In this document: piece by piece, positions 1 through 11,430 of the stretch
Numbering within the stretch: the stretch's first letter is position 1
How the letters are laid out: each line of letters begins with the position of its first letter
Assembly (NCBI GenBank): GCA_000934665.2
Contig: KZ538851.1
Location: forward strand, 1 to 44,449
From: Catajapyx aquilonaris
Taxonomy: Eukaryota
Reading direction: 5' to 3'
Length of the DNA stretch: 44,449 bases
Made by a program: the position numbers and the translations under genes
The notes under the pieces: model-generated
What the model was told of the DNA's origin: nothing
What the model saw: only the letters and a program-made list of their open reading frames with translations
Databases searched by the model: none

Positions 1-276
1 ACGTGGGCCTTATTTGGTACATATGGTCTTAATAAGGCCCATGTGTAACACTTTACTTATCAGTTTGTCAGCCTAAAATATCCATTGCAGCATATACAGA
101 GATTTATTGCCTTGTGCCTTATTACATGATGTATGCTATCTATCCATGCAGTCAAATAAATGCTCAACATTCACTACCGGTATAGGACTGGTGAAAAATT
201 GTTATCTGTTAGGTGGGCCTTATTTGGTACAGTACAGGTAGGCCTACCTTATTTGTTTATTGTCTGGGAGCGCCAG

Positions 277-364
277 GGAGTACCTGGGAGTACCAAGGAG
301 TACCAAAGGAGTACCAAAGAGTACCACTGCAGGTGTACACCGGAGTACCGAAATGAGTACCCCC
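277..364. repeat. Irregular GAGTACC heptamer cluster (7 copies)
   Basis: GAGTACC recurs with mostly 3-4 nt spacers; probably transposon subterminal repeats. Confidence 0.6.
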
Positions 365-1514
365 TTGGTGAAACCGCTTGCAGGGGTTAGTTCTGCTATC
401 CGGCACTGACTGTACGAAGAGCATGCTGCTTGGTTTAATCCCAAAAAATCCAACTTACTATAGATTTTTACTTTGCCGTAGCACCAGTATCGTTTTTATG
501 GCATCACTATTTTAAAATATCAAATCATGTGACCCCTCCTGCCATCTTGCAACTCTGCTGTCTCAGACTGTTCTTGTGGCAGTTGTATTCTGGTCGGACA
601 GGGTGTCCCTCTATACTGGGATTGCTCTGGCAGAATTTCTGCCGACAATAGTGTCACTCTAATGTCAGCTCATTTTTGTCCATGTGTTAATGACATACCG
701 TAGGCTACTGTATATCTAAAATGATGGAACCTTGATTTCTAAACCATGTCCACATATGATTGATTGGTCAACTCAATGTAATTTCTAGACTTCACCTCAT
801 ATAGAAACACATTTATTGACAAGTCTACATTATTATGCATGTATATTGTACCCTACAATTTGTTTTAAAATGCTGAACATGAGTAATAAGGTACGGGACA
901 TGCATTTTGTAGTTTAAGAACCCAAATGTTTCCAATCAAAATGTGTAAGGGCCTAGCTCGTTATTCAGGCTTTACTTGAGAAGAATGAATTGTGTTACAC
1001 GTACTGTACAAAACTTCATGCACAATATGAGAATGCCCACAATGACAACCTTCACGAAAGAATTGCAGGACTTTTTGAATTATTCCATTTACTTCAGGCC
1101 AAACACAAGCATATTGAATGCATCTTGCAACTGTCATTTAGGACAACAAATTCCATGAACTGCATGCACAGCAATAATGTAGCAAAAGGTACTATGCACA
1201 TATTTCTGCAAGTCAGAGAGGCAACAGTGAAGAGTCCGCAAGCTATATTCCCTGCATGCAGTTAGGAATTGCAGACCAAAATGTTTTTGACTTAATTCAC
1301 ATTTGTCTTATTTTTAGTTGGTAAATACAATATCCAAACATCTCAAAAACATGTAAAAGCTTTCATATAAATAGTCAACACTGAATTGATTGTAGTCAAC
1401 TTTTTTTGGGTATATTCCTGTATAAAAGTAACACATTCCCCTCCAAGAGCTTTAGAAAGCCTACACAAACAATAATATTCCAAAAATGTCTCTCACTGGT
1501 GCAGCCACATGGAT

Positions 1515-4341
1515 TTACACATATTTCTTCAAAAAATTCTGCAAAGAAAGATTAACAATGTGAGTTTCAAAATCATTGTTAGAAGAATATGCTTTACCCA
1601 TGACCCTGAATAGCAGCAGGCAGTGCAGGCCCATATAAAATGACGTTAACCAGGGAGCTGGTGTGTACCCAGGGTAGCAACTTAATAATAATAGTAAGCA
1701 CTTAATAATAATAATGGATACCCCATGATAGGCCACCTTGGGCCTTTTAGGGGATCATCTCTTAATTGACCGCCTTTATTAATTGGCTGTCATGTGATGT
1801 GTTTTGATAGTAGGAGGAAACAGGAGAGCCCCAAGAAAACCCACACGAACACGGAGAAAACCCATCGAAACTCTTTCCACATAAGTGTGATCCAGGGATC
1901 GAACTTGGTTGGGACCTCAGAGGTGGAAGGCTGTGGTGCTCACCACTACACAACCTACTAGCCACTTAATACAATCAGCTCTTGATACAATATACAAAAC
2001 TTGCTTCACTTTTGAGGAATATTTCACGATTCACTCCTTCCTTTGAAAAATATTAGCTGCTTTATTTTTGATGACTATTAAGGGCTGATTGTGTGGAAGT
2101 AGATTGGGAAAATCTCAGAGTATGTGTAGGTATTCCCAGTACGTAATCTGACAAAATCATAGATTTCCTTCTTAATTTTTGCTGATACAACTGGCCCTAA
2201 ACATTTACATTCCCCATAATTTTCTGCTTCTTGAAAAATATTAGACTTCCTCTTATATAACAGGTAAGCTGAAAACAAACTATGTTTTACACTGATATGT
2301 CAGTATAGCCACAAAAGGTTCAATTTCTAAAACCTGGTCATCCATGTTTTTACCTGCACATTGCTATAGATGTGGTTATACCATGAGTAAGTTCTTACCT
2401 TGGCCTTTGAGGTTAGCAAAAAGACAAAGGTTTCAATAAATATGAGCACATAGAGGAAGGAAGTTACCCCAACTCACCTTCTGAAGCAGGGCTATTGAAG
2501 CATGTCGGCAGACATCACCGACATCAAGCATGATATCCAGTGAGTGAGCCACAAAGTCTGAATTCTTCCAATGGTTCCGCTTCTCCATGAGAGCTGCGGT
2601 CCCAAAAAGCAGTATTCCACACACCCCAAAAAACACCATGTATGGGTAGTACTGGAAAAGTATAAAGGACATTTCAGTGTAACAGATGTTTAATTTAGGT
2701 CTAATTATTGATAACTGACCTGATAAAGAAAATTGGCACCAACAAAAATCTTGGCCAGCCTGAAGTCCGCCACCAGTGCCGCAAGGGATACAACAGGACC
2801 TGCAGCCAATACCACCTGACCTTGTGAGGTTAGATACACTATGCCACTGAAGCAAGCCAAAGTAACCCAGGCTATGTGGAAAATCAGTGCTATCAAGTGT
2901 GGTGACGTGGACACTGCAGATTCCACAATGGATCCAACTATTAGCCCTGTAATAAGGCATGATAATAATAATTATCAGGATTTAAGGTTACTGGTAACAG
3001 AGTTATGATTTAATAATGGCATTTTTAGATGAGACTTAGATTTAAGGTCTTTTAAAGCAAATTTTATGGATTTGAAGGTACTGCTCATATACAGCACGTT
3101 TCCCATGACAAAAATTAAATAACGATATCAAACAAATTCATTGCTATACTGTGTAGTAGGCTAGTTATGAATGCAGCTTTTAAAGTCTATCATTGAGCAC
3201 ACAATTATCACCCTGGCAGGGATCATGTAGATTAGGAAAGTGAGGATGTGTTTCACAAATCCCCTGCTTTATCCTTCTAATGAACACAGTGTAGCCATTG
3301 GGTGGAAGTTAATCACTTATCACCAATTTAAACATGACTGATCACTAAAAATAGGACTGACCTTACAAAATGCTGCAACTATAATGGCCCTTACAAGAGC
3401 ACTGTTGGCATGAATAATTTCAATATTGTTTGCAATATTTGAAGGGTCGCCCCGAATAATGTTGTAAGTGACATTGGTTACCATTATTACTTACAACATT
3501 ATTTGGGGCAACCCTTCATTTCTTTACTATTAATTTTGTACCACAATATTTGCAGTTGGTGGTCTAGTGGCTTGCCACTAGCCAGCCAAGCGGGAGGCCG
3601 GGGTTCAAATCCCGTCCCCGTCACCTCTGCTTGGCTAGGTCTTTTTCCGCTTTTCACCCGACATGCCGGGGCAGAATTGCACTCCCTACTCCGCCCAGGG
3701 CCAGGAGAAAAGGGCTGGTGTTTAAAGAATGTCAGAAATGACTACCGCACAGCATCCTCCCTTGGGAACCTCCCCTTCCACCCTAAGAGGGCCTCGGGCC
3801 CTATCACAGGGCATTAAAAAAAAAAAAGATTTGCAGTTCAGATTCTCAGTGACCATTCTCAAACAAATATAGTCCCAGAAGGCCTGTAATTACCAATGCA
3901 GAAGGCAAAGACGAGCAGGAAGATGAGCCTCTCTTTTCGGTTCTGACCCCGTGCATCAACTGTGTTTTTCAATGCAAAATATGACCCCAGTAATCCAACA
4001 ATGGAGAGTCCACTGAATTCAGTCAGCAGTGAAGTGTAGGCACCAAAAGCAGCACTCAGGCTGCACAAGGACAGGCAGCCATACATGCTCCTGAGGTGCG
4101 CTCTCTCTCTTTCCTCCCTAAAAACAAGAAAAACATACAGCCAGTTTTTCATCGGTTCTTATGCTTCCTTTCGCTGGAAACACCCTAATAATATAACAAT
4201 AGTTTGACAAGCTAACAGTGGCACATAAAACCTGCTCATAAAATATTCATGTCCTATTCGAAATAATAAAAAGATAGCATGAGTCACTTACCAGCGTGCA
4301 TTGAATGTAGCCAGCAAACTATCTAGGTTGAGTCCCACCAT
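1515..4341 (-). CDS. Divergent tandem paralogue of Bax inhibitor-1 (TMBIM6-like), about 232 aa, 5 coding exons
   Basis: Exons 4341-4292 (MVGLNLDSLLATFNAR), 4117-3894 (AHLRSMYGCLSLCSLSAAFGAY...RLIFLLVFAFCIG), 2946-2720, 2651-2478 (LMEKRNHWKNSDFVAHSLDIMLD...LLQK) and a probable last exon 1538-1515 (NFLKKYV*, strong polypyrimidine acceptor, KKxx ER-retrieval end). All GT-AG and phase-consistent, 699 nt with no stop. Collinear with the adjacent BI-1 gene. The last exon is the least certain. Confidence 0.82.
1703..1965 (-). mobile_element. tRNA-derived SINE with V-domain-like core (family A, degenerate copy)
   Basis: B-box GTTCGATCC, core TTCTCCGTGTTCGTGTGGGTTTTCTTGGGGCTCTCCTGTTTCCTCC, (ATT)n tail. 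Homologous to the copies at 26088 and 27164. Confidence 0.8.
3558..3828 (+). mobile_element. tRNA-Gly-derived SINE (family B) with poly-A tail and 10-bp target-site duplication
   Basis: A-box TGGTCTAGTGG, tRNA-Gly(GCC)-like GCCAGCCAAGCGGGAGGCCGGGGTTCAAATCCCG, A-run tail. ATTTGCAGTT is duplicated at 3548-3557 and 3829-3838. Confidence 0.85.
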
Positions 4342-5171
4342 CTTTGATATTGATTATCCTTCCCACCCCACCTCCAGTCAGTGCTGCTGCCAGTGCTGCC
4401 AACCACAGTAGAAGAAAGTTCCACTCTCTCATGTCCATAAACAGTACTACTTTTATTGTGCGAAACACTGCCAACCACAAAGCTACACATGATTTTACAA
4501 TGAATATATATATATATTTTCATGACCAAAATAACGAAATAGGCAGTTCAAACGAGGATGCAACTACATCAACTGTACAAGTCAGTCACATTTTGCATTT
4601 GAAAAATTCCCCAAACATTCCGTTCCCCAAAAGAATATTGCAAAATACGTGAACCACCACTAGTACACATAACTAACACATTGAAACAAAGGTTAGCCTG
4701 AACTGCTGGGGGGACTGAAACATGTATTTATTATAAAGGGAAAGGTTGGGCAGGAAGGATTGCACCATAATTTTGAATATGATGGAAGACAAGGGGAACC
4801 TCCCCTATTTACATTCTAATAGGGCCAAATAAATCAGAACATCAAAACTTCCCTCTGAGATCGATGCTAGCTCAGAAATTAAGCCTATTGAAACAGAAAC
4901 CCACGTAAGAACAAAGTTCTGGCGGAATGCAGTTAAAGAAAATAAAACTGTCCACACCTACACACAATTATTTTAAATTTCGCCACAAACAACGACTCAA
5001 GATTTATTCGTAATTTTGCTGGTGTGATCCTACAAAAGTAAAAAGTATACTTCAACACATTGCGCCAAGTGGTAGTAGCAATTGTTGTCTCTGTAAATAT
5101 GTAACATTTGAGAACCCCGGGTTATGATAACTGAAAAATTATACTCTTCTCTCCATATTTGCGTCTGAATT

Positions 5172-8100
5172 TTAGTTCCTTCGGTTTTTCTTCTGGTTTT
5201 CCTGAAAGGATAAAACATGCCCATGAGTTTGTAATATCAGCACAGTGAGATCTTTCACATAAGATGCAGGTTTGGCAAATCCCAATTATTTGAACAAATT
5301 TTAACGAATCGACTCTATCACAACAGCACTGAAATAGCCGTAGCATCATAACATTGCAGTTCTCAGTAGCAATCTGTGGCTTAAATAATAATTCAACAAG
5401 TCTCCCCTTTAAAAACTTTTGTGCCACTACATCCTGCACATTAAAAAAATGTCTCTCGCCATCATAATTTTTTATTGCTTTATTTATCTCTTGCGAGCAG
5501 TGTTCATAAAGGGCCCCAACCACCATTAAAACTAGACCAAGTGATTAATTCAGAAAAATGACAGAAATATCCAAAGTACAGTTTATGGAGTCAACAAATG
5601 GACTCAAACACACTCTACAACCATTTATCTGACACAAAACACGAGCTCACTTATCTACAGTGCACATCTCCATTAGTTACCATACCATATTACCTGACAA
5701 ACTGACAGGATGGCCATGTAATGAGATTCACCAGGATATTACCAGAGGATTATCATTTGGGCCAAATATGTGGAGCTATTCCACGATAATAAGTATCTAT
5801 GTCTGACTGACCCATATTAATCATGCAGAATTAAAAAAAATCTCTGCTATAACATTGGTAAAATGGCACCTCTTCTTAACAAATCTACGCAAGGTTCATT
5901 AGCAGAGGAGGGTCCCCTGGTTGTCAGGTATCCTTTTCATCCCTCCTGATTTATTCATAAGCAGGGCAGAATGGCAGGAGTTATTTTTGTGACAATTGTT
6001 CCTTTATAATATTAGTTCGGATATGTCTTGGCCACACAGGTAGCCCGATAATATCCTGGTTTGAGGATGTAGGCAACACCCTATTGCCACTATTGGTGAG
6101 ACAATGTAGTACAATAAACATGTGTTGGGATACTTGATATCAAGATTTCAATTCTACAGGGAAGTCAAAACTGAGACACCATTATATGAGAGTAAGGTGG
6201 ATTTGTATCACGATGCAATGAAATCCAAGCATTTAAACATTCCTGCCATTTAGGCATGAGCCTTGTTCTAGACTTTTGTTAAGGATGTTTTGTTAAGCAA
6301 GAAGCCATGGTGATATTAACTACGTGAATGATCTAATAGAATAATGAAATTTGAAGTTTGGTAACTGCTTGTCCAGGTATTGAAATGGGCCAGCATCCCA
6401 TGAATCCCAAACCAGAATACCAGTTCATTAGCTTAAAATCCCACATTGTTACTGACAAATACACCTCGTCATTAATGACTTCAGAGCTTGCAGATCAATG
6501 AAAGTGAAGTTAGTACTAATTAATTGTGAGTATTTATCGCTTTTAAAGGACATGCGTTATCCGCAAGACACTGACCTTCTGTGAGAGAATTATGAGTATG
6601 CGCCGGAAGACGCCAACAAAGTCGACGAACAAGTCAAGGGAGTGGGCAACAAAGTCCTTGTCTCCACGACGTCTCTTCTCAATAATGAGCTGGGTGTCAA
6701 AGAGGATGAAGCCCAGCATCACAGCCAGGCCCAGGTACAAGTGAAGCTGGTAAAGCATCTGTGAGCCAATAAACAGATTGGCCAGTGCAGCCATGGACAT
6801 GATGGAGAGACCCGAAAGGAGTGGACCACCCAAGAGCAGCATCTGCCCTTGGGAGGCCAGCATCGCTGAGGCGCTGAAGCATACAAACACCACCGAGGTT
6901 GCCAGGAAGGCTGTTGTCACCAGGGTTGGCTCTATCATAATGGACATCTCCAGGAGAGGACCCATACCCAGACCTAGTAATCAAACATAAAAACTGTCAT
7001 AACTTGGAGATTCAGGCAAATTCTTAGAAAACTAACAGGTTATCACTTAACAAGTGCTACAATCCTATAATGAATGATCATATGAATATTACCAACTACT
7101 GTACTGCACCACTAGATCCATTTTTATGAAACCAACTTATTCTCATAAGCGAGTGTCATTTGAATCATCATCTGCAATGAATTGCAGTTTGGACATTTTA
7201 CAACAATAGTAAATGTATTTTGACCTTAGTGTTACAGTTTCATTGGTAAGTAATGTCGTAGTTCGAAAGAAAAATCTTTGATGTACACTTTCAGTGTTCT
7301 TCCACCAGTAGTAGTTCATGTAACAAATAATTGAACCATAAATAGGCTTAGTAGTTTATTGCACCTAAAATGTGTTTGCCAAGTTCCCATTTTGTAGCAA
7401 CTGCACACCTGATCTGCCCTGGCAATTTTAATCATAACATGAACTTAACTCTGGCAGATACGCCTGCCCAGGAAACTGATAATACAAACAAGATACAGGC
7501 CTACTTGTAAAAAAGATAAGTGACACTTGCATGATTTCAAGCTTGTCATGAACTACAGTACTTCCAGCACAGAAATTCATGTGCATAGTGTGGAGAATAA
7601 AATTACTCCAGAAGAACACTGTTCAAATAAGCAGGAAACTATTTTGTGAGTTCAAGATACTGACCAGTACAGAAGGCAAAAGCAAGCAGAAATCCAAGCC
7701 TCTTCTGCCTGTTCTTTCCATTGTCATCTTGAGTGAACAGAAGAGCCATTAAAAATCCTAGTACTCCAATGGTTCCCAGGAGAGGGCTGTTGAAGAAATC
7801 CGTCGAGAGATACAGGTATCCACCCACAGCAGCAGACAGGGCTGACATCGACAGGCAGCCATACACATTTTTCAAGTGACTTCGAACTGGTGCCTCACTG
7901 AAAGTTGTTAAAAATTAGACTTATTTGACATCAACTCAACATGATAAGGAATGAGGCTGCAATTAATGCGAGCTTCAGGGTTGGTTACTTAACAAGACTT
8001 TTACAGTATGGTACTCCTTAATTAGTTCAAGAGGATTGAGGTGGGGGGATGCATTGCCCAATACATCTGCATCATTTAGTTCTACTTCATGTGCTATTCC

Positions 8101-10031
8101 CACAGAGTCAATAAAGACTGTAGAGGGGTTGTCATTTTTTCTTAAAGTTTCCAGGTGATGCATTTAAAACACTACAACCTGTGTAACACAAGCTACTTCC
8201 AAACCTGCAATATTATTATACCTGCATAATCCCAATAACCTTCCCACAACATTGACAGATGAGTGTGCCAGAGGAGTTAGCTATTCATGTAATGAAGTGC
8301 ACACATTGTTGTGTGATCATGCATAATTACAAGGAAGATTTCTTATGGCAAATGATCAGGTGTAATCAACAGTAAGTATAATCAGGCGTGCCTGTAATAC
8401 TAGTGGCTACTCTCATTTGGCCTCTAGCAATGCCCTTGCTGGGAGGTGGCATATTATAACTGTCATTGAATTTCCCCTGAAATACCTGGTCATATCATAC
8501 TGTAGGCTACATGTACTGTACATAAAAGAATATAACAGGACTATCATCATTGTTTTACTGTGCCAATTAATTTGTTGCACTTGATAAACTCTTTTCTGAT
8601 ATCTGGAAAAGCATTATTATGGTCCCCTCTATGCCTTCCTGAATGAGTAATAACACTAATAAGTATGTGAAGTACATGAGCAGCAACTGGGGAGTTCACA
8701 AGTCATAACATTGCAGGTGGTACATGTACTAATCTGCACCCTAATCCATACAAGATACAACTTGCCAGGATTTTTAAAATGAACGTTGATGCATTCTTTC
8801 ATCTAATAGGAAGTTCCATGACCCCCTCAAGTCAAGGGCAATGTGACACTCCACATGCTGTGACTTATGTTACCTCCTATGTACACATACTTCCCTCATT
8901 TAATGATTATTATCAAAATTCCCGCTGCTCATGCATTTCTAAAATCCAGAAACCCCCGCCTTTTCGCATTTTATACTAGACACAAATTAGATGACTCGGT
9001 GTGATGTACTGTGATCACTTTCAATTCAAACCATCACAGCAAAAAAAAGTACACAGGAATTCCCTAAACATCGCAATTTTTCAAACCCATTCTCCTAGGA
9101 TAAAGAAATGTGGAGCTACTTTTGCTGCCATGCATCCTTCCTCCTAGGCAGTGAGGCATAAAGGTTCCAAGTTTGAGTAGTTGGGGTAGAACAGTTGCCA
9201 CCCTAGCAGGATACTAAATTTTCACCTGCTTGCTGCCAACATCAACAATGCCACTGCCTAAAGGCCGGTATCGACGTAAAAGTTTCTCGGGCATGAGTCG
9301 AGACGGACTCTATGTCGCCCCAGGGCCCCCTCGGGTCCCTCGGAAAGGGGATTAAAGTTGCAAATTTTCTACGTTTCCCCGTTCCTCGGATCCGGGCATG
9401 CGGAGTTGGCTCCTCGTGCGCTAGATATCTTTTACGTGAATACCGGGCTTAAACTGGGCTTTTTGAAACGTTGCTGACTTTCTAACCTATCTACCAAAAG
9501 CGAGTGTGGCAAAGTAGCAGCAACACTCTTTAACGCAACAAGTCCATTATGCAACGGGCAATTTCATAATGAGTATTGTTCCCTAAATTGGCAGCGCACG
9601 CCAAGGCGCATGCAGTGGTCATGATCAGCAGTGACAAAAAGTATAACATGATCTTTATAAGTTCTCAAACTCCAACTTTTCAGTAATATACTGGAGTGCA
9701 GTGTTGTGAAATAACTCCCAGTACACAACTTGCACATGCAGAGTAACCAACTTGCAATGAACCCACCCACCCCTACCCAGAAGTTTCTGCATATAGAGCA
9801 TTGAGGTCAGTCATTCCACATCTTGAGACAAGATGAACAGAATCTCCCTTCGAAAATACGCATCGTCATCCCCACCCTTGCCCCCATTACCTTCCCAGTT
9901 CCCCCGCTCCCTCCCATTCAACCCATTACCCGGATGAACCTTCTCTTTCCCCTCTCCTCTGTCCCCCCTTGGACCACTCACAGCTTGGTTGAGAACGTCC
10001 GGAAGAAAGTGTCCATGTTGAAAGACTCCAT
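5172..10031 (-). CDS. TMBIM6: Bax inhibitor-1 (TMBIM6/TEGT), 236 aa, 4 coding exons
   Basis: Exons 10031-9982 (MESFNMDTFFRTFSTK), 7897-7665 (HLKNVYGCL...KRLGFLLAFAFCTG), 6973-6576 (LGMGPLLE...GFILFDTQLIIEKRRRGDKDFVAHSLDLFVDFVGVFRRILIILSQK) and 5201-5172 (ENQKKNRRN*). GT-AG, phases 2/1/0, 711 nt. Carries the hallmark BI-1 motifs HLKxVY, FDTQLIIEK and DLFxDF plus a basic tail. Confidence 0.95.
9262..9449. mobile_element. PIF/Harbinger-type MITE in BI-1 intron 1
   Basis: Imperfect TIRs AGGCCGGTATCGACGTAAAAG / CTTTTACGTGAATACCGGGCT, flanked on both sides by TAA. Confidence 0.7.
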
Positions 10032-11150
10032 TTTTTTCCGTCTCTCCTTCGATGTACGTACGTCTGACTCTCTCGCTCGCAGATACAGATAGATAGATCG
10101 CCTGACCTGCACCCCCTCCTCTCCCTCTTTCTCTTGCCCTGCCTACGCGGCTGCTCCACCACTGGCCTGATAGAACGTACGTCTCCGGGACAGGGTTGCC
10201 AGCCCTGGCATACTATTCGCTAGGGGGAACTCCCCCCCGATCCAAGCCCGATATCCCGTTGCCTATGACGCACTATTGTAAACAATAATCGAGCTTCGTC
10301 TGGCCACAATGTGCATGTCACACTGCCCGTTGCGTACCTCTACCGAGGCACCTCATTGGGTATCCGCTGGAACTGGCCAATCCAGGCTCAGGAATGTACA
10401 CAGTGCTGCAAGTCGCACGTGTACACAAACTGGAATTTGAGATAATGCTGGTAAAAACTTGCGACATGTTTAATCAGTAATCAGGGGAATAAATATTTTA
10501 ATGCTGTATGTTTCAATTGTGCAGAAGTGCGTGTAGCCGATAGTTAAGGTCATATCGGGACAACCTTGCGATTAGGACACGTCAGGTGAATCGGATGACG
10601 TCACAATTTCGACATATGTCGTGTTTTTGCCCCCCTTACTCAAACACAATGTCTGATGATTTCCCACAGGAATATTTCGTCAGACTTTAGTCAGGCTAAT
10701 ACCGCATGCAATCCTCGTCACTTATTAACGTACGTCATGGAAAATGTGCACATTATTCCATATTTACCGATCGCGTCTGACTATAATAAGGCGGACATGG
10801 TTTGGAGTACATATAAATTGATGGCCAGCACAAGCACGTTCTGTACCAACTACCAAGTGAAAAATTATAACTGTTGATTGAATTATTTTGCCTACATTCA
10901 TTACAAGCCATATTTGCCGCCTTCCCTGAAAAGCAGAGTTGCCAACCACGTCCTTCATGTAATAAAAATATTAAACAGGGCTAATTTATTATGTAATGTC
11001 CGTCGGCAGGTACATTTGCACTATTTTAATCCCGAATTGATTGGGTGACTAGTAGAGTTATTCCTATCTTGGCTGGATAGATAAGTTGTTAACTCGTGCG
11101 TGCAATCGTGCATCGGTCATCGGATTGCACATGGTGGTGCAGGAGGAGCG
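10032..11150. promoter_or_regulatory. Divergent (bidirectional) promoter region between BI-1 and the smORF/RNA-ligase unit
   Basis: About 1.1 kb between opposed start codons, CpG-rich. Contains CCAAT 10377-10381, E-box CACGTG 10416-10421, TGACGTG (minus) 10578-10584 and a perfect CRE TGACGTCA 10596-10603. Confidence 0.6.
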
Positions 11151-11363
11151 ATGCGCGTGGGTGGGTATGCTCTGGTTGCAGTGGCCGCGGTGTGCTTCGC
11201 GGCAGGGTTTGTTGCAGGGTACAAGGGGAAGGAGATGAGGATCGAGTGGCTGAAGAGGAGGAGGGACAGGCTGGCCTCTAAGCTGATCGACACCCAGAGG
11301 CAGATAGACACCTTCACAGGAAAGAGGACCGCCGTCTCGGGTGGGGACCACTACCAGTTGTAG
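11151..11363 (+). CDS. 70-aa single-pass membrane micropeptide, mitoregulin (MTLN/SMIM37)-like
   Basis: MRVGGYALVAVAAVCFAAGFVAGYKGKEMRIEWLKRRRDRLASKLIDTQRQIDTFTGKRTAVSGGDHYQL*. N-terminal hydrophobic helix with GxxxG, then a basic amphipathic helix. Aligns without gaps to the human mitoregulin sequence as recalled (FAxGxxxG ... R...L..R..RL..KL..TQ...D). GC-rich coding-like codon usage. Confidence 0.78.
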   Translation: MRVGGYALVAVAAVCFAAGFVAGYKGKEMRIEWLKRRRDRLASKLIDTQRQIDTFTGKRTAVSGGDHYQL

Positions 11364-11430
11364 GCACACGCCCGACCCCAGCTTAGTTTGTAGAGTTAGT
11401 GCAAATCTGCCCAAATCAACGACTAGTAAT

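Noticed and set aside
277..364. GAGTACC repeats as a CRISPR-like array
   Set aside because: The repeats are only 7 nt with very short irregular spacers, the context is eukaryotic, and there are no cas genes.
2433..2960. Frameshifted BI-1 pseudogene
   Set aside because: The frame change is fully explained by a 68-nt GT-AG intron (2652-2719).
3552..3625. Functional tRNA-Gly gene
   Set aside because: The acceptor and D stems do not pair. The sequence continues into a SINE body with a poly-A tail and TSD.
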